Shown: positions 24,433-35,349 of the stretch, one piece after another | Layout of the letters: the number at the start of each line of letters is the position of its first letter | Position numbering within the stretch: the first letter of the stretch is position 1 | Source: Kofleriaceae bacterium | GTDB taxonomy: Bacteria > Myxococcota_A > Polyangia > Haliangiales > Haliangiaceae | Length of the DNA: 64,000 bases | Assembly (NCBI GenBank): GCA_965215005.1 | Contig: CBDCCZ010000042.1 | Location: forward strand, 96,001-160,000 | Direction: 5' to 3' | Position numbers and translations under genes: made by a program | The notes under the pieces: model-generated | Database searches by the model: none | Seen by the model: the letters and a program-made list of their open reading frames with translations, nothing else | What the model was told of the DNA's origin: nothing

Positions 24433-27400
24433 ATGAAACTACTACGGGTGGTCAGACAGCTCGCGACTGTCCTTGGCCTTGGTGTGCTCGCTAGCTGCGC
24501 CGGCCCCCAGGGCTGCGCTTGCGTGGTGCCTATTCCCGGCGGCTTTCCCGCTGCCGAACGCACCCCTAACGCCGTGCAGCTGCGGCTCTCGAGCACCGGC
24601 ATCGCCGCCATCGAGGACAACGCCGCCACCCTCCTTGAGACGCTTGCCAGTGGCGGCCTCCGGTTTGACATCCCTGCCGCCTGCGGCGCGGGCGACAACC
24701 CGAAGATTTGCTGCGATGACGCCGGCAATCCGCTGCCCACGTGCGGTCCCATCGCCATCGACGTCCAACGTCGCCCTGGCGATTCCGCGCGACTCGAGCT
24801 CGATCCGGTAACCGGGGCCGCGCAGCTGGGACTGCGCATCCGGGCACGCATCAAGACCGAAGAACCGCTGCGCGTCCGCGCGCTGGGCACGACGTGCACC
24901 GTCACCATCGACACCGAAGACGACGGCCGCGACAGCCTCTCGGTCGCCGCCACGCTCGGCTTCGCGCAAAGCCAAGCTCGCGGTACCACCGAGCTCCGCG
25001 CCAGCGCGATCGACATCGACGACCTCGACGGCGGCGACATCGACGTCAGCGGCGGGCTGCTGTGCGGGCTGGCGGATCTGACCGTCGGATTGTGGAAAGG
25101 ACTGCTCATCGGCACCTTCGAGGATCGCCTGGCGCAGTCGATTAATCAGCAGGTCTGCAAGCCCTGCCCCGGCGGGACCGCTGCGGAGTGCGGCGAGCTC
25201 GCCGACGCGTGTACCGCCGGCATCTGCATGAGCGGCCAGGAGTGCATGCAGGAGCTGGGTGTGACCGGCCGGCTCATCGCCGGTTCGCTCTTTGCCACCT
25301 TATCGCCTACCACCCTCGGCGCGCTGGACGTCTATGAAGTCGCGGGCGGTTATGTCGAGAGCGACAGCGGCGGCCTCTCCGTCGGCTTTCTCGGCGGTAT
25401 GCAGCCGGGCGGCGCCGAACGCGACCGCTGCGGACCACCTGCCGAGCCGCCGCCTCGCGCCTCCATCGCACGCTCAGCGTTCTTCACCGGCAACACCCGG
25501 CCCGACACCGGCGCGGCGTTCGACGTCGCCATCGGCATTCATCAGCAGCACCTCACAGAAGCCGCCTGGGCCGCGTATGAGGGCGGATTTCTCTGCCTCA
25601 ACGTCGACACCCAAGCGCTGAGCCTCCTCAACTCGGACTCGCTGGCACTGCTCATGCCCTCCCTGTTGAGCTTGCTACACGGCGAAATCGCGCCGATGAG
25701 ACTCGGGCTGCGCCCGCAACAGCCGCCGACCGTCGCGCTCGGCGCCGGCAGCTTCACCGAGGTCGACGGCCAGCGCGTCGTCGATGAGCCGCTGCTGGAT
25801 ATCTCCTGGCCAGACCTCGAGCTCGACTTCTACGCCATGGTCGATGATCAGTGGATCCGCGTCATGACCGTGCGCACCGACGTGCGGTTACCGATGAATC
25901 TCGACATCGGCGCCAGCGGCGAGCTCATTCCCGTCATGGGCGAGCTCGAAGATGCGTTCTCAGCCCTCACCGTCACGCACAGCGAAGCACTCGAGGAGAG
26001 CCCCGCCGAGCTCGAGGCCACGTTTCCAGCCTTGCTCGCGGTGGCGCTGCCACTGGTGGCCGACGGCCTCGGCGGCTTCGTGCTTCCGCAACTCGGCGGC
26101 CTCGAGATGCGCATTCCGCCCGATGGCATTGCCGCTGTCGACGGAGCCAGTTTTCTGGCCTTGTTCGGCAGCTTCGGGCCGCCTATGGCCGCGGCCCGCG
26201 TCGCCACGACCGCACGCATCGTTGGGGTCGTGGTGCCGCCGACCAGCGCCTTCTCGAGCTCGTCCGCCGAAGCCGAGGAGCGCCCCCGCGGTCACGGTCT
26301 CGCTTGGCGGCAGCTTACAAGACGAAGCCAGCGCCCCGCTCGAGTGGAGCGTTCGCGTCGATGGCGGCGTGTGGTCGCCCTATAGTCGATCGCCCACGCG
26401 GCGGCTGGCGCGACGCGGGTTTTGGTTGCAAGGGCGCCATCGCGTCGAGGTCCGTGGCCGCGTCGTCGGCCGTCCCGAAACCACCGATGACTCGCCAGTG
26501 GTGCTCGAGCCCATCATCGATACGGTGCCGCCCAAGGCGGCGGCCACTCAGGTCGCCGACGAGGGCATGGGTCTACGCCTCGGACAACGTCTCGCGCGGC
26601 CGTCTACGCGCCCGCTACCGACTCGGCGGCGGCTGGCAAAACGTGGCGATTCCGGCCGCGATTCCGCTTCGAGGACAGCCGCTGACGGCGCTCGAGGTCG
26701 AGGTCATTGACGAGGTGGGCAACGCCACCCGCGCCGTCGGCAAGACTCCATCGCGCTCGGCGGCCAGAGCGCAGGCAGCGGCGGCTGTCGGGCCGGCGGC
26801 GACAGCAATGGCCTCACCCTGGTGGTTCTCGGGTTGCTCGGCTTGTTGTGGCCGCGCCGACGGTTTCGTTTCTCACGCCCGCTCGTCGCGCTCGCGCTCC
26901 TCTTTGCGAGTCTCGCTGGCTGCGGCGGTGATCGCGGCTGCCCTGGTGGCACCTGCGCCGACGGCGAGGTGCCCCACGGCCCCATCGGGCGCTACGCCTC
27001 GCTGGCCGCCGATGGTAGACGCGTGGTCATCGCGGCCTATGACGAAAGCCTGGGCGATTTGGTCTTTGTCGAACGCAATGGCGACGCGCTGCGATATCGC
27101 CCCCATCGACGGCGTTCCCCAACGACGCGCCCAGCTACGAGCCCAGCAGCTACCGCGGCGGCGTGGCTGCAGCGGGCGCCGATGTCGGCGCCTGGACCTC
27201 GGTAGCCCTGGTCGCGGGCAAGGCGATCATCGCCTACCAAGACCGCGACGCGGGGCAGCTCAAGCTCGCCAGGGAAGACGCGCGGTGGAAAAGCCACGTG
27301 GTCGATGCAGGCACCGACGGCGTCGCCGGAGCCTACGCCTCACTCGCCATCGAATCCCGAGGGCAGACCGGCCATCGCGTATCTCGTGACGGCCGTGAGC

Positions 27401-28265
27401 GACGGCAACGGCGGCCTCCAGACCCAGCTGCGGCTCGCTCGCGCCCACCACGCGCACCCCGAGCGGCGCCGACGACTGGACGGTCGAGGTGCTCGAAACC
27501 TCCGCGGCAAGCTGCGCTGGCCAGTGCGGTCCAGAGGCCACGTGCGCCCGGACGAGCTTCACGGAAGAGCGGTGCATTGCCCCCAGCAGTGACTGCGCGG
27601 AGAGCTGCGCCGAGGGAGCTATCTGCGATGCGAGCGCTTGCGTGCCGACGATTGCCACACCAGCCGCGCAAGAGCTGCCGACCGGAAGCGGGTTGTTCGC
27701 CGACCTATCGTTCTTCGCGGATGGGACCGCCGCGGTGGTGTTCTACGACCGCAACGCCGGCGCCCTCGTGGCTGTCATCGGCGGCGACGGCACCTGGACC
27801 CGTAGCGTATTAGATGATGCGACCACCGCCGATGGTCGGGCGCTGGGCCGATGGCGTCGTCGATGAGCAGGACACGCTGCATGTCCTCTATCAGGACGTG
27901 CTCGGCGAGCGGCTGCTCTACCGCACCTGGACCGACGGCACACTCGGCCCCGTCGAGGTCGTGGACGACGGCACCCGCGACGGCGACCGCCCCCATCCAG
28001 TGGGGTGCGTCGGCCACCATACTGCTCTTTAGCGCCGGCCCCTTGGCTGCGTATCAAGACGGCGCCACCGCCGACGTGTCGGTGGCGCGGCGCACGGCGG
28101 CGGGAGAGTGGGGAGCGGAGCGATCTCCTCACCGGAGCTCGACTCGACGGGTTCTACCTCGGCCTCGCCGGCACGGACGACCAAGGTTGGCTCGCCTCGT
28201 ATGCCTACGACCGGGCTTCATACCCCCCGGGTGAGCTGATTCTTTCAAGCATTTCAGCTCGTTAG
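24433..28265 (+). CDS. Large (~1270 aa) Cys-rich myxobacterial surface protein with an internal MYXO-CTERM-like signal and a second lipoprotein signal; broken by about 10 frameshifts (probably sequence errors)
   Basis: Lipobox LAS-C at the N-terminus. Sensible protein continues by frame hopping through track ORFs 25952, 25851, 26822, 27163, 27305, 27489, 27814, 27851 and 28005 to TAG at 28265. Confidence 0.75.
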
Positions 28266-28529
28266 GTCGCCACTCGTCGCCGCCCCCAGGATCGTGCAGA
28301 CCCAGCGCGATCCCACCCCCACCGCGAGCCTGTACAGCGGGCGCCACGCGGGTGTAACCCCCCGAAAGAACTTCGCTCCGAAGCGTATTTTGCGGCTCTA
28401 AAAAAGCCAAGAATTCGCTCGCAAAAGCAAAGCAGATCAGGCAAGGTCAGCGTCCCAGCCGGGCTTCCAACGTTTCCAAGTATTTAGCGCCCGCCAACTC
28501 CATCCCAATCCCAAAGGACACACCAAGCG

Positions 28530-28769
28530 ATGACTCGACCCGTCCTACGTCGACTCGACGACGACAATGATGGTCTCGTAGCTCTACCGCCCGTGCCCGT
28601 CGTGCGGCAGCGACTGCGCACGACCGTCAAGGACTTTGCCGCATCGTCTCCGGGCCGCCGCGCTGCCGCGCTGGCGGCTGTCTGGATTGCTGCCACCGGC
28701 TGTGAGGCCGATCTCAGCACCTACGACGCCGAAGAAGCGTTGCGCACCTACCGTCTGATCGAAATCTGA
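28530..28769 (+). CDS. Small hypothetical protein (79 aa)
   Basis: AAGGA RBS upstream and protein-like composition; no recognised family. Confidence 0.55.
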   Translation: MTRPVLRRLDDDNDGLVALPPVPVVRQRLRTTVKDFAASSPGRRAAALAAVWIAATGCEADLSTYDAEEALRTYRLIEI

Positions 28770-28782
28770 GCTGCGCGCCGAG

Positions 28783-28947
28783 CTACGTCTCACGATGGCG
28801 CGCGCGATCAACAACGAGCCGCACGTAGACACGCGCAACTCCATGCTCAAGATGCTCGATCACCTCGAGGAGCTTGAGCGAGCTGCTGTTGCGCCCCGCC
28901 CCACCCGCCGCCGCCGGCGTCGCTAACCACTCGTACATCGCAGTCAT
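28783..28947 (-). CDS. Small hypothetical protein (~54 aa)
   Basis: GAGGTG RBS-like sequence before MTAMYEW...LKLLEVIEHLEHGVARVYVRLVVD; lies in the error-prone zone. Confidence 0.35.
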   Translation of the reverse strand: MTAMYEWLATPAAAGGAGRNSSSLKLLEVIEHLEHGVARVYVRLVVDRARHRET

Positions 28948-29139
28948 CACCTCGCCCCGTAGAGCCCTAGGTTCTGCGAGGGCGGAGGTGTAGGTTGCAA
29001 AGGGGTTCCAGAAGCGCCTGCTGCGGGCGGCAGCCCACGGTGGCGCGACCAGGGCTTCTTGCCATCGCGGCGTCTTCACCACAGCGATGGTTGTGTCGCG
29101 CGCGCGGCGCCCGACGCGGCCCCAGCGCAGCGACGGGCG

Positions 29140-30991
29140 TCAGCTACAGGCTGACCAACCGCAACGTCGGCAGAGTCCGGCATCCAGCATACGCAGCGAG
29201 GGGCGCGGCGCACTCTGGACACGGCGCTCCCGCCGAGTCCGCGACCGTCGAGGCCACACTGGTCTCGCCATACGTCAAGACCTGCGCGGAGCGACTGCGA
29301 TCGCGATAGGACCGTCACGCCCTTGCAGCCGAGCTCATAGGCCAGCTGATACGCATCCGCGATGTCGCTAGGGGTCGCGCTGGTCGGCAGGTTGATGGTC
29401 TTGGACACCGCCGAGTGTGAGTGTTGCTGAAACGCCGCTTGCATCCGCACGTGCACCTCGGGCGATAAATCGTGCGCCGTCGGAAATTGCCGCTGAACCT
29501 CTGCGGGCACGCCATCGAGCCCGCGCACCCGGCCCCGGCGGCGCAACTCCGCGAGCAGCGACTCGCTCCAGAATCCGCGTTCTTCGGCGATGGCGCGAAA
29601 CCGCGGGTTGCACTTCCGTGAGCCTCGTTCCATCGAGAACATGACGCTCATACGCCACGGCAAACAGCGGCTCGATACCGCTCGAGCAGCCCGCGATGAT
29701 GCTGATGGTGCCGGTGGGCGCTACCGTGGTGGTCGTGGCGTTGCGGAGCGGCTCCTCACCACGCGCCGCTGCCGCCGATTCCGCAAACGCCGGATACGCA
29801 CCTCGCTCCACCGCCAACGCTCGCGAGGCGCGAAGCGGACTCTTCCTCGAAGAATCGCGCCAGCGAGGTCGCCACCGTGAGTGCCTCCGGATCGTCGTAG
29901 GCGATGCCGAGCTCGATTAGCAGGTCGGCAAACCCCATGATGCCGAGACCAATCTTGCGAGTGGCTCGCGTTGCCGTCTCGATAGCGGCCAGCGGATAGC
30001 TGTTGGCGTCGATGACGTTGTCTAAGAACCGCGTGCCGTCGTGGATGCAGCTCGCCAGCCGCTCCCAATCAATGCCCGCGCTCTCGGGGTGCCGGCGCAC
30101 GAACCGCGCGACGTTGATGCTCGCCAAGGTGCACGACTCGAAGGGCAGCAGCGGCTGCTCGCCACACGGATTGGTCGCTTCGATGGTACCGAGCTGCGGC
30201 GTTGGATTGGCGGCGTTGATCCGATCGAGAAACACCAGCCCTGGATCACCGGTGGTCCAGGCCGCGTTGGCGATGAGCTGAAACACCTGCGCCGCCGCCA
30301 ACCGCCGCGTGCTCGCCCCCGTGCTCGGATCCACCAGCTCATAGCTCGAGCCCTGCCGCACCGCGCTCATGAAACGATCCGTAATCGCAACCGACAGGTT
30401 GAAGTTGCGCATCTTCTGCGGATCGAGCTTCAGGCCGATGAACTCGAGAATGTCGGGATGATCGACTCGCAGGATCCCCATGTTGGCGCCGCGCCGCGTG
30501 CCTCCCTGTTTGATGGCTTCCGTGGCGACGTCGAACACTTGCATGAAGGCGACGGGCCCCGAGGCCTCGCCGCCGGTGGACCGCACCCGAGCCCCGGCTG
30601 GCCGCAGCCGGGAAAACGAAAACCCCGTGCCGCCGCCGGTTTTCTGAATCTCCGCCGCCCAGCGCACCGCCTCGAAGATTCCCGTGGTGGAGTCTTCCAC
30701 CGGCACGACGAAACACGCCGCGAGCTGCCCGAGCGGCCGGCCCGCGTTCATCAGCGTTGGCGAGTTTGGAACCAGCTCGAGCGCCCGCATGCGGTCGTAA
30801 AATCGCGCCGCTACGTCCGCAGCGCGCCCGGGCGTATAGCGCTCTTCCACCGCCGCAACCGTCTCGGCGACGCGGCGAAATAGCTCCGCAGGAGTTTCTC
30901 GAGAGCCGTCCTGCGGCGCCATGAGATACCGCCGGCGCAGAACCTCCAGCGCATTCTCGGTAAGCGGAGCCTCGCGCACCGGTGCGGTCAT
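29140..30991 (-). CDS. nrdJ: Adenosylcobalamin-dependent (class II) ribonucleotide reductase; about 4 frameshifts in the 3' third
   Basis: PNSPTLMNAG, TRRGANM, ATNPCGEQPL, RKIGLGIMG, APTGTISII, SAVSKTIN and GCKGVTV. Final frame gives CRRCGWSACS* (TGA at 29140). Confidence 0.92.
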
Positions 30992-31003
30992 CAACCTACC
31001 CTA

Positions 31004-31020
31004 AACAGAACAAGTGTTCA
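31004..31020. promoter_or_regulatory. Candidate LexA (SOS) box upstream of nrdJ
   Basis: GAAC-AAGT-GTTC palindrome at 31008-31019. The minus strand reads CTGAACACTTGTTCTGT, close to the M. xanthus consensus CTRHAMRYBYGTTCAGS (as recalled). Confidence 0.6.
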
Positions 31021-31089
31021 GGGCAACCCCCAGGCTACAAGATGCCATCCCTTCAGCGCCTCCTCCGCTAGCCGATTCAACAGAGGCGT

Positions 31090-31485
31090 ATGGATTCAAC
31101 TAGTCGCCGGTACCCGCGCTACGCCCTCGAGGCAAGGGTTACCCTGCGCGGCGCGCGCACCAACGTGAGCGGGCGCTCGGAGAACCTCTCCCGCGGCGGG
31201 ATGTGCGCCGTCGTCGACCGCCCGGTCGCGGTGGGAGCGCAAGTCATGGTCGAGCTAGCGCTGCTCTTCGACACCCAATGTTTTTCAGAGCCGCTGCTGC
31301 TCACGGCACGCGTGGTGTGGTGCACCTCCCTGGGCGAGCACCATCAAGTCGGGCTGGCCTTCCAGCAACTCGAAGCCGAGCGCGCCGAATACCTCGACAT
31401 CTTCTTGCGCTACCTCAAGGAGGGCGAGGTGGCGGCGCCGGCCGTCGCCAAGGCGACTGCAGCGTGGGAGCGATTCGATCGATGA
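31090..31485 (+). CDS. PilZ domain protein
   Basis: RRYPR and NLSRGG c-di-GMP motifs; ARVVW...VGLAF. Confidence 0.9.
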   Translation: MDSTSRRYPRYALEARVTLRGARTNVSGRSENLSRGGMCAVVDRPVAVGAQVMVELALLFDTQCFSEPLLLTARVVWCTSLGEHHQVGLAFQQLEAERAEYLDIFLRYLKEGEVAAPAVAKATAAWERFDR

Positions 31486-31844
31486 GCAACCCGCAGCAGC
31501 GAGCCCATGAGCGGGTCGCCGTCGTGCTATCGGCCGATATCGCCGTCGGCAGGCGCCGCTTCACCGCCATCACCAAGAACCTCAGCGTCGGCGGATGCTG
31601 CATCGAAGGCGCCTATCCACTGCCGGAGGGCAGCGAGGTTGCGTTGCGGCTGTTCGTGGTGGTCGATGGCATCGAAGACGCCGGCATGCCAGCAATGGCG
31701 ATGACGGCGTCGGTACAGTGGCACGCTGAGGCCGAAGCCGCGCCGCTGGCGTGCCGCCACCTCGCAGGACTGCGCTTCGACGGCGCCAGCAGCGAGCAGC
31801 GCGGCTGGCTCGAAGCGTTCCTCCTCCGCGACCAGGCGGCCTAG
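31482..31844 (+). CDS. PilZ domain protein
   Basis: QRAHER and NLSVGG motifs; ATGA overlap with the preceding PilZ gene. Confidence 0.88.
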   Translation: MSNPQQRAHERVAVVLSADIAVGRRRFTAITKNLSVGGCCIEGAYPLPEGSEVALRLFVVVDGIEDAGMPAMAMTASVQWHAEAEAAPLACRHLAGLRFDGASSEQRGWLEAFLLRDQAA

Positions 31845-32089
31845 TGGTTTGCGGCGCAAGCCGGCAAACCGCTAGCAAAGCAACAATCGCTTGGGGAGAC
31901 GCCGAAGGAGGGCGCGTGAGTAGCAGGAATCTGCCGCCCTTGCCCCGCATCGGGGCGGCGGATTTCGGCGTCATGAGTCCCGCGGCGGCGCACGAGCGCG
32001 TCGCCATACGCCCCGCGCAGGCGCCACAGCCGTGACAACCTGGCGCGCTTAGCGGCAACAGCCGGCGACCCCGCGACCGCGCCCACGCG

Positions 32090-32104
32090 CGGCATCGAGC
32101 TTGC
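32090..32104 (+). promoter_or_regulatory. Sigma-54 promoter for mscS
   Basis: CGGCATCGAGCTTGC fits GG-N10-GC with TTGC at -12. Confidence 0.6.
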
Positions 32105-32118
32105 TGACGTAGCGCGTC

Positions 32119-33399
32119 ATGCAGTTTCTTGGCGCCTTCTCCGATTGGCTCACGCGCTCGGTCAGTGCCCTCAGCACCGCCGAGCTAGCGGTGCTGGTGG
32201 CAACTGTGGTCACCTGCGCGCTGCTGATCGCGGGACTGCGACGCTACGTTCCGCGATTGACCAACCGCGCTCTCGGCAGGCTCGACAGGTTGGTCCCCGC
32301 CGATCTCTCCGGCTGCAGCAAACTCTTGGTGAGAGTGGTGTTTTGGCTGCTGACCGCGGTGGTGGTGGCGACGGCGGGGCTCATCGTCGCCACCCTTCTG
32401 GCGGTCGACACAAGTGGCGTCCTAATGATGCTTCGCGGGTGGGGAGCGAGGGTGTGGACGTGGCTCATCACGCGCGCTCTGCGCATCGCGCTACTCATCG
32501 CGCTCACGGTGGTCGCGCTGCGGATCATCCGCGGGCAGCTGCCCAACGTTGTTGGCGGATATCTCACCCACCGCTCTCGTCATAAAGACAAAGTCAGCGC
32601 CGAAGCCGAGAAGCGCCGCGCAACCCTCTCGGAAGTCGCGGTAACCGTCGCGAGCTGGACCGTCACTAGCGTGGCGATCATCGTCGGCCTGTCCGAGCTC
32701 GGCATGGACATCGGACCAATTCTCGCGGGCGCCGGCGTTCTTGGTCTCGCGGTCGGCTTCGGAGCGCAGAACCTGGTGCGCGACTTCTTCGCCGGAGTCT
32801 TCATTCTGCTGGAAGACCAGTATCGCATCGGCGACATCGTCGAGGTCGCCGGCAAAGCTGGCATCGTGGAGGAGATGAACCTGCGGCGCACCGTGCTGCG
32901 CGACCTCGACAACATCGCGCATCACGTTCCCAACGGCGAAATCAAGATCGCCAGCAACTTCACCAAGAACGTTTCGCGTGTCCACTTCAACATCGAGGTG
33001 GCCTACAAAGAAGACCTCGATCGCTGCATCGAGGTGATCAATCGCGTCGGTCAGCAGATGTTCGACGACCGCTTCGGCGACGGCGCCATGCTGCAACCGA
33101 TCCAAGTGCTCCGCGTCGATGGGTTCAATGACAGTGGCGTGGCGATCAAGGTGCTCGGCGACACGCAGCCCTCCCGGCAGTGGGGCGTGGCAGGCGAGTT
33201 TCGACGTCGGCTCAAGCGCGCGTTCGATGAGCACGGGATCGAGATTCCGTTTCCACATCGCACCTTGTACTGGGGCGTTGGCGAGCAGCCTGCCGTTTCG
33301 ATCCGTTCCGACAGCATGCGCCGCAATGGGCATTCGCAACCCGCTTTGGCCTCGCCCAAACACCGAGCCGACGACGACGAAGAGGCTCGTGATGCATAG
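32119..33399 (+). CDS. mscS: Small-conductance mechanosensitive channel (YbiO-like)
   Basis: GLAVGFGAQNLVRDFFAG...EDQYRIGD and GIEIPFP. Confidence 0.92.
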   Translation: MQFLGAFSDWLTRSVSALSTAELAVLVATVVTCALLIAGLRRYVPRLTNRALGRLDRLVPADLSGCSKLLVRVVFWLLTAVVVATAGLIVATLLAVDTSGVLMMLRGWGARVWTWLITRALRIALLIALTVVALRIIRGQLPNVVGGYLTHRSRHKDKVSAEAEKRRATLSEVAVTVASWTVTSVAIIVGLSELGMDIGPILAGAGVLGLAVGFGAQNLVRDFFAGVFILLEDQYRIGDIVEVAGKAGIVEEMNLRRTVLRDLDNIAHHVPNGEIKIASNFTKNVSRVHFNIEVAYKEDLDRCIEVINRVGQQMFDDRFGDGAMLQPIQVLRVDGFNDSGVAIKVLGDTQPSRQWGVAGEFRRRLKRAFDEHGIEIPFPHRTLYWGVGEQPAVSIRSDSMRRNGHSQPALASPKHRADDDEEARDA

Positions 33400-33454
33400 C
33401 GGCGGGCGGCCATGGGCGCCCGCCATTCACGACGAGCGACCCGAAGGCCGCGCG

Positions 33455-34942
33455 TCAATGAAGCGCGCGGCCAAGCTCGATGGTCGGCAAGTATTCGCTG
33501 TGGCTGGGAGGCGATACGCGGGCTCCCGGTGCATCGCTGAGCGCGTCGATGAACGACTCGGCCCACTTGAACACGTCGCCGTCGAGCACTTGCTTGCGCA
33601 GTGCTCTCATGCGCTGCGCGATCTGCGACGGCGGCATCGTGAGCGCCGTGTAGTAGGCCTCGGCCGTCTCCACGACGTCATAGGGGTTGACCAGCAACGC
33701 GCTGTCCGCAAGCTCCGCCGCGGCCCCAGCGTTCTCGCTCAGCACCAATACGCCGCCCTCATCGAGCCGCGCGCAGCAGAACTCCTTGGCCACTAGATTC
33801 ATTCCGTCACAGAGCGGCGTCACCACCGCCACCTGAGCGAGCCGATAGAGCGAGCACAACTCCGCGGGCGAAACCCGATTATAAAGGTAATGAATCGGCG
33901 ACCAACGCGGCGTCGCAAAGCGGCCGGAAATCCGGCCGACCAAGCCTTCGATCTCGCTCTTGATGGCCTGATATTCAGGGACGCCCTCACGACTGGGAAC
34001 CACGAGCTGGAGCAGCACCACCTGCTCGCGCAGCTCGGGATGAGTCTCGAGCAGACACTCGAACGCCCGCAGCCGCTCGACCAATCCCTTGCTGTAATCG
34101 AGACGGTCGACGCCGAGGAGCACCTTTCGCCCGCGAAGCTCCTTGGCCAGCGTTTCAGCCCGCGCCGCCACCGACGGCTCGGCGGCGATCTCCGACCAGG
34201 AGCGGGTATCGATTCCTATCGGAAAGATTCCCACGCGGACCGAGCGCCCGCCCACCTCGATGGTGGCTTCACCATGAGCTCGCTCCACGCTAACCCCGGG
34301 AACCAGGCGTTCGACACAGTCGAGAAAGTTGCGTCGATCCCGCTGGGTCTGAAACCCGACCACGTCGTAGGCCAGAAAGGCGGTTAGAAGCTCGGCGCGC
34401 CATGGCAGCTTTAGGAAGTTGCCGAGCTGAGGAAACGGAATGTGTAGAAAGAAGCCAAGGGTTTCGCTGCGACCTCGCTTCCGCAGCTCCTCGCCCAGCA
34501 GGACTAAGTGATAATCGTGGACCCACGCAGCTTCATCGGTGCTGAGCTGCGCGTCGGTTGCGTCGGCAAATTGCCGATTGGCCTCAACGTATGCATCCCA
34601 GTAGCGCGGCTGAAAATCACAGCGATCGGGAAATCCGTGGAATAGCGGCCACAGCACCGAGTTGGCGAAGCCGCCGTAGTAGTCTTCGATGAGCCCCTGC
34701 GGCAATATCACCGGCTCGAGCCCGTATGGCTGGCCGTCGGTGCAGCTCTGCAGCGCTACTCGCAGTGCTTGCTCATCCGCCTCCACTCCGGGCCACCCCA
34801 CCCAGATCCCCCCCGCTCGCTCGAGAACCGGCCGCATGGCGGTGACGAGACCACCGGCGCTCGGTTTGGCAGTGACGTCAATATCGCTCGTACTTTCAAT
34901 AGACACGGGCAGGCGGTTCGAGACCACCACCAGTCGTTGCAT
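33455..34942 (-). CDS. otsA: Trehalose-6-phosphate synthase
   Basis: [30 protein letters not shown] and [10 protein letters not shown]. Confidence 0.96.
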   Translation of the reverse strand: MQRLVVVSNRLPVSIESTSDIDVTAKPSAGGLVTAMRPVLERAGGIWVGWPGVEADEQALRVALQSCTDGQPYGLEPVILPQGLIEDYYGGFANSVLWPLFHGFPDRCDFQPRYWDAYVEANRQFADATDAQLSTDEAAWVHDYHLVLLGEELRKRGRSETLGFFLHIPFPQLGNFLKLPWRAELLTAFLAYDVVGFQTQRDRRNFLDCVERLVPGVSVERAHGEATIEVGGRSVRVGIFPIGIDTRSWSEIAAEPSVAARAETLAKELRGRKVLLGVDRLDYSKGLVERLRAFECLLETHPELREQVVLLQLVVPSREGVPEYQAIKSEIEGLVGRISGRFATPRWSPIHYLYNRVSPAELCSLYRLAQVAVVTPLCDGMNLVAKEFCCARLDEGGVLVLSENAGAAAELADSALLVNPYDVVETAEAYYTALTMPPSQIAQRMRALRKQVLDGDVFKWAESFIDALSDAPGARVSPPSHSEYLPTIELGRALH

Positions 34943-34977
34943 AACCTCTCCCTAATCAAGTGACGCTCGCACTTCGA

Positions 34978-34992
34978 GCAAGTGCCGTACCC
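34978..34992 (-). promoter_or_regulatory. Sigma-54 promoter for otsA
   Basis: Minus strand GGTACGGCACTTGC fits GG-N10-GC. Confidence 0.6.
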
Positions 34993-35278
34993 ATGTGAGC
35001 GTTGAATTCGGAAACGCTTTCGCTGACTTACGCAACCCCTGCTGTGTCAGTTGGACACGCCGTGCTTGGTTGCGGCGTCCGTGCTGCTCGCCGCTGCCGC
35101 TCCAGCGCCCTCTGCGTCCGGCACGACCACCCGGCCGACCGGCCGCATAATCGTGTAACTATGCTGTTTCTCAGCGGTTTCTGGCGGCTACGGAGTGCGC
35201 AGCGAGCTACGCACCGCTTGTTGATTACGCAGCGGGAGTGCAGAATCCGCTTCGCGACTCGCCAATCTGCCCACTTGA

Positions 35279-35311
35279 TATCAGCCACTTAGCGGTGGCA
35301 TGGCCACTGCA
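35279..35311 (+). promoter_or_regulatory. IHF site plus sigma-54 promoter for the 62-aa gene
   Basis: TATCAG-CCAC-TTA matches WATCARN4TTR exactly (35279-35291); TGGCATGGCCACTGCA at 35296-35311. Confidence 0.65.
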
Positions 35312-35349
35312 GTCCCCGGCTGGTCCGCCAACCCCAACCCACCGAGACC

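Noticed and set aside
29140..29850. Programmed frameshifting or true pseudogenisation of nrdJ
   Set aside because: Several unrelated shifts cluster with those of the neighbouring gene and the motifs remain intact; sequencing error is more parsimonious.
30992..31089. Cobalamin riboswitch or NrdR boxes upstream of nrdJ
   Set aside because: Only about 98 bp of intergenic space, with no B12 box and no convincing NrdR palindrome.
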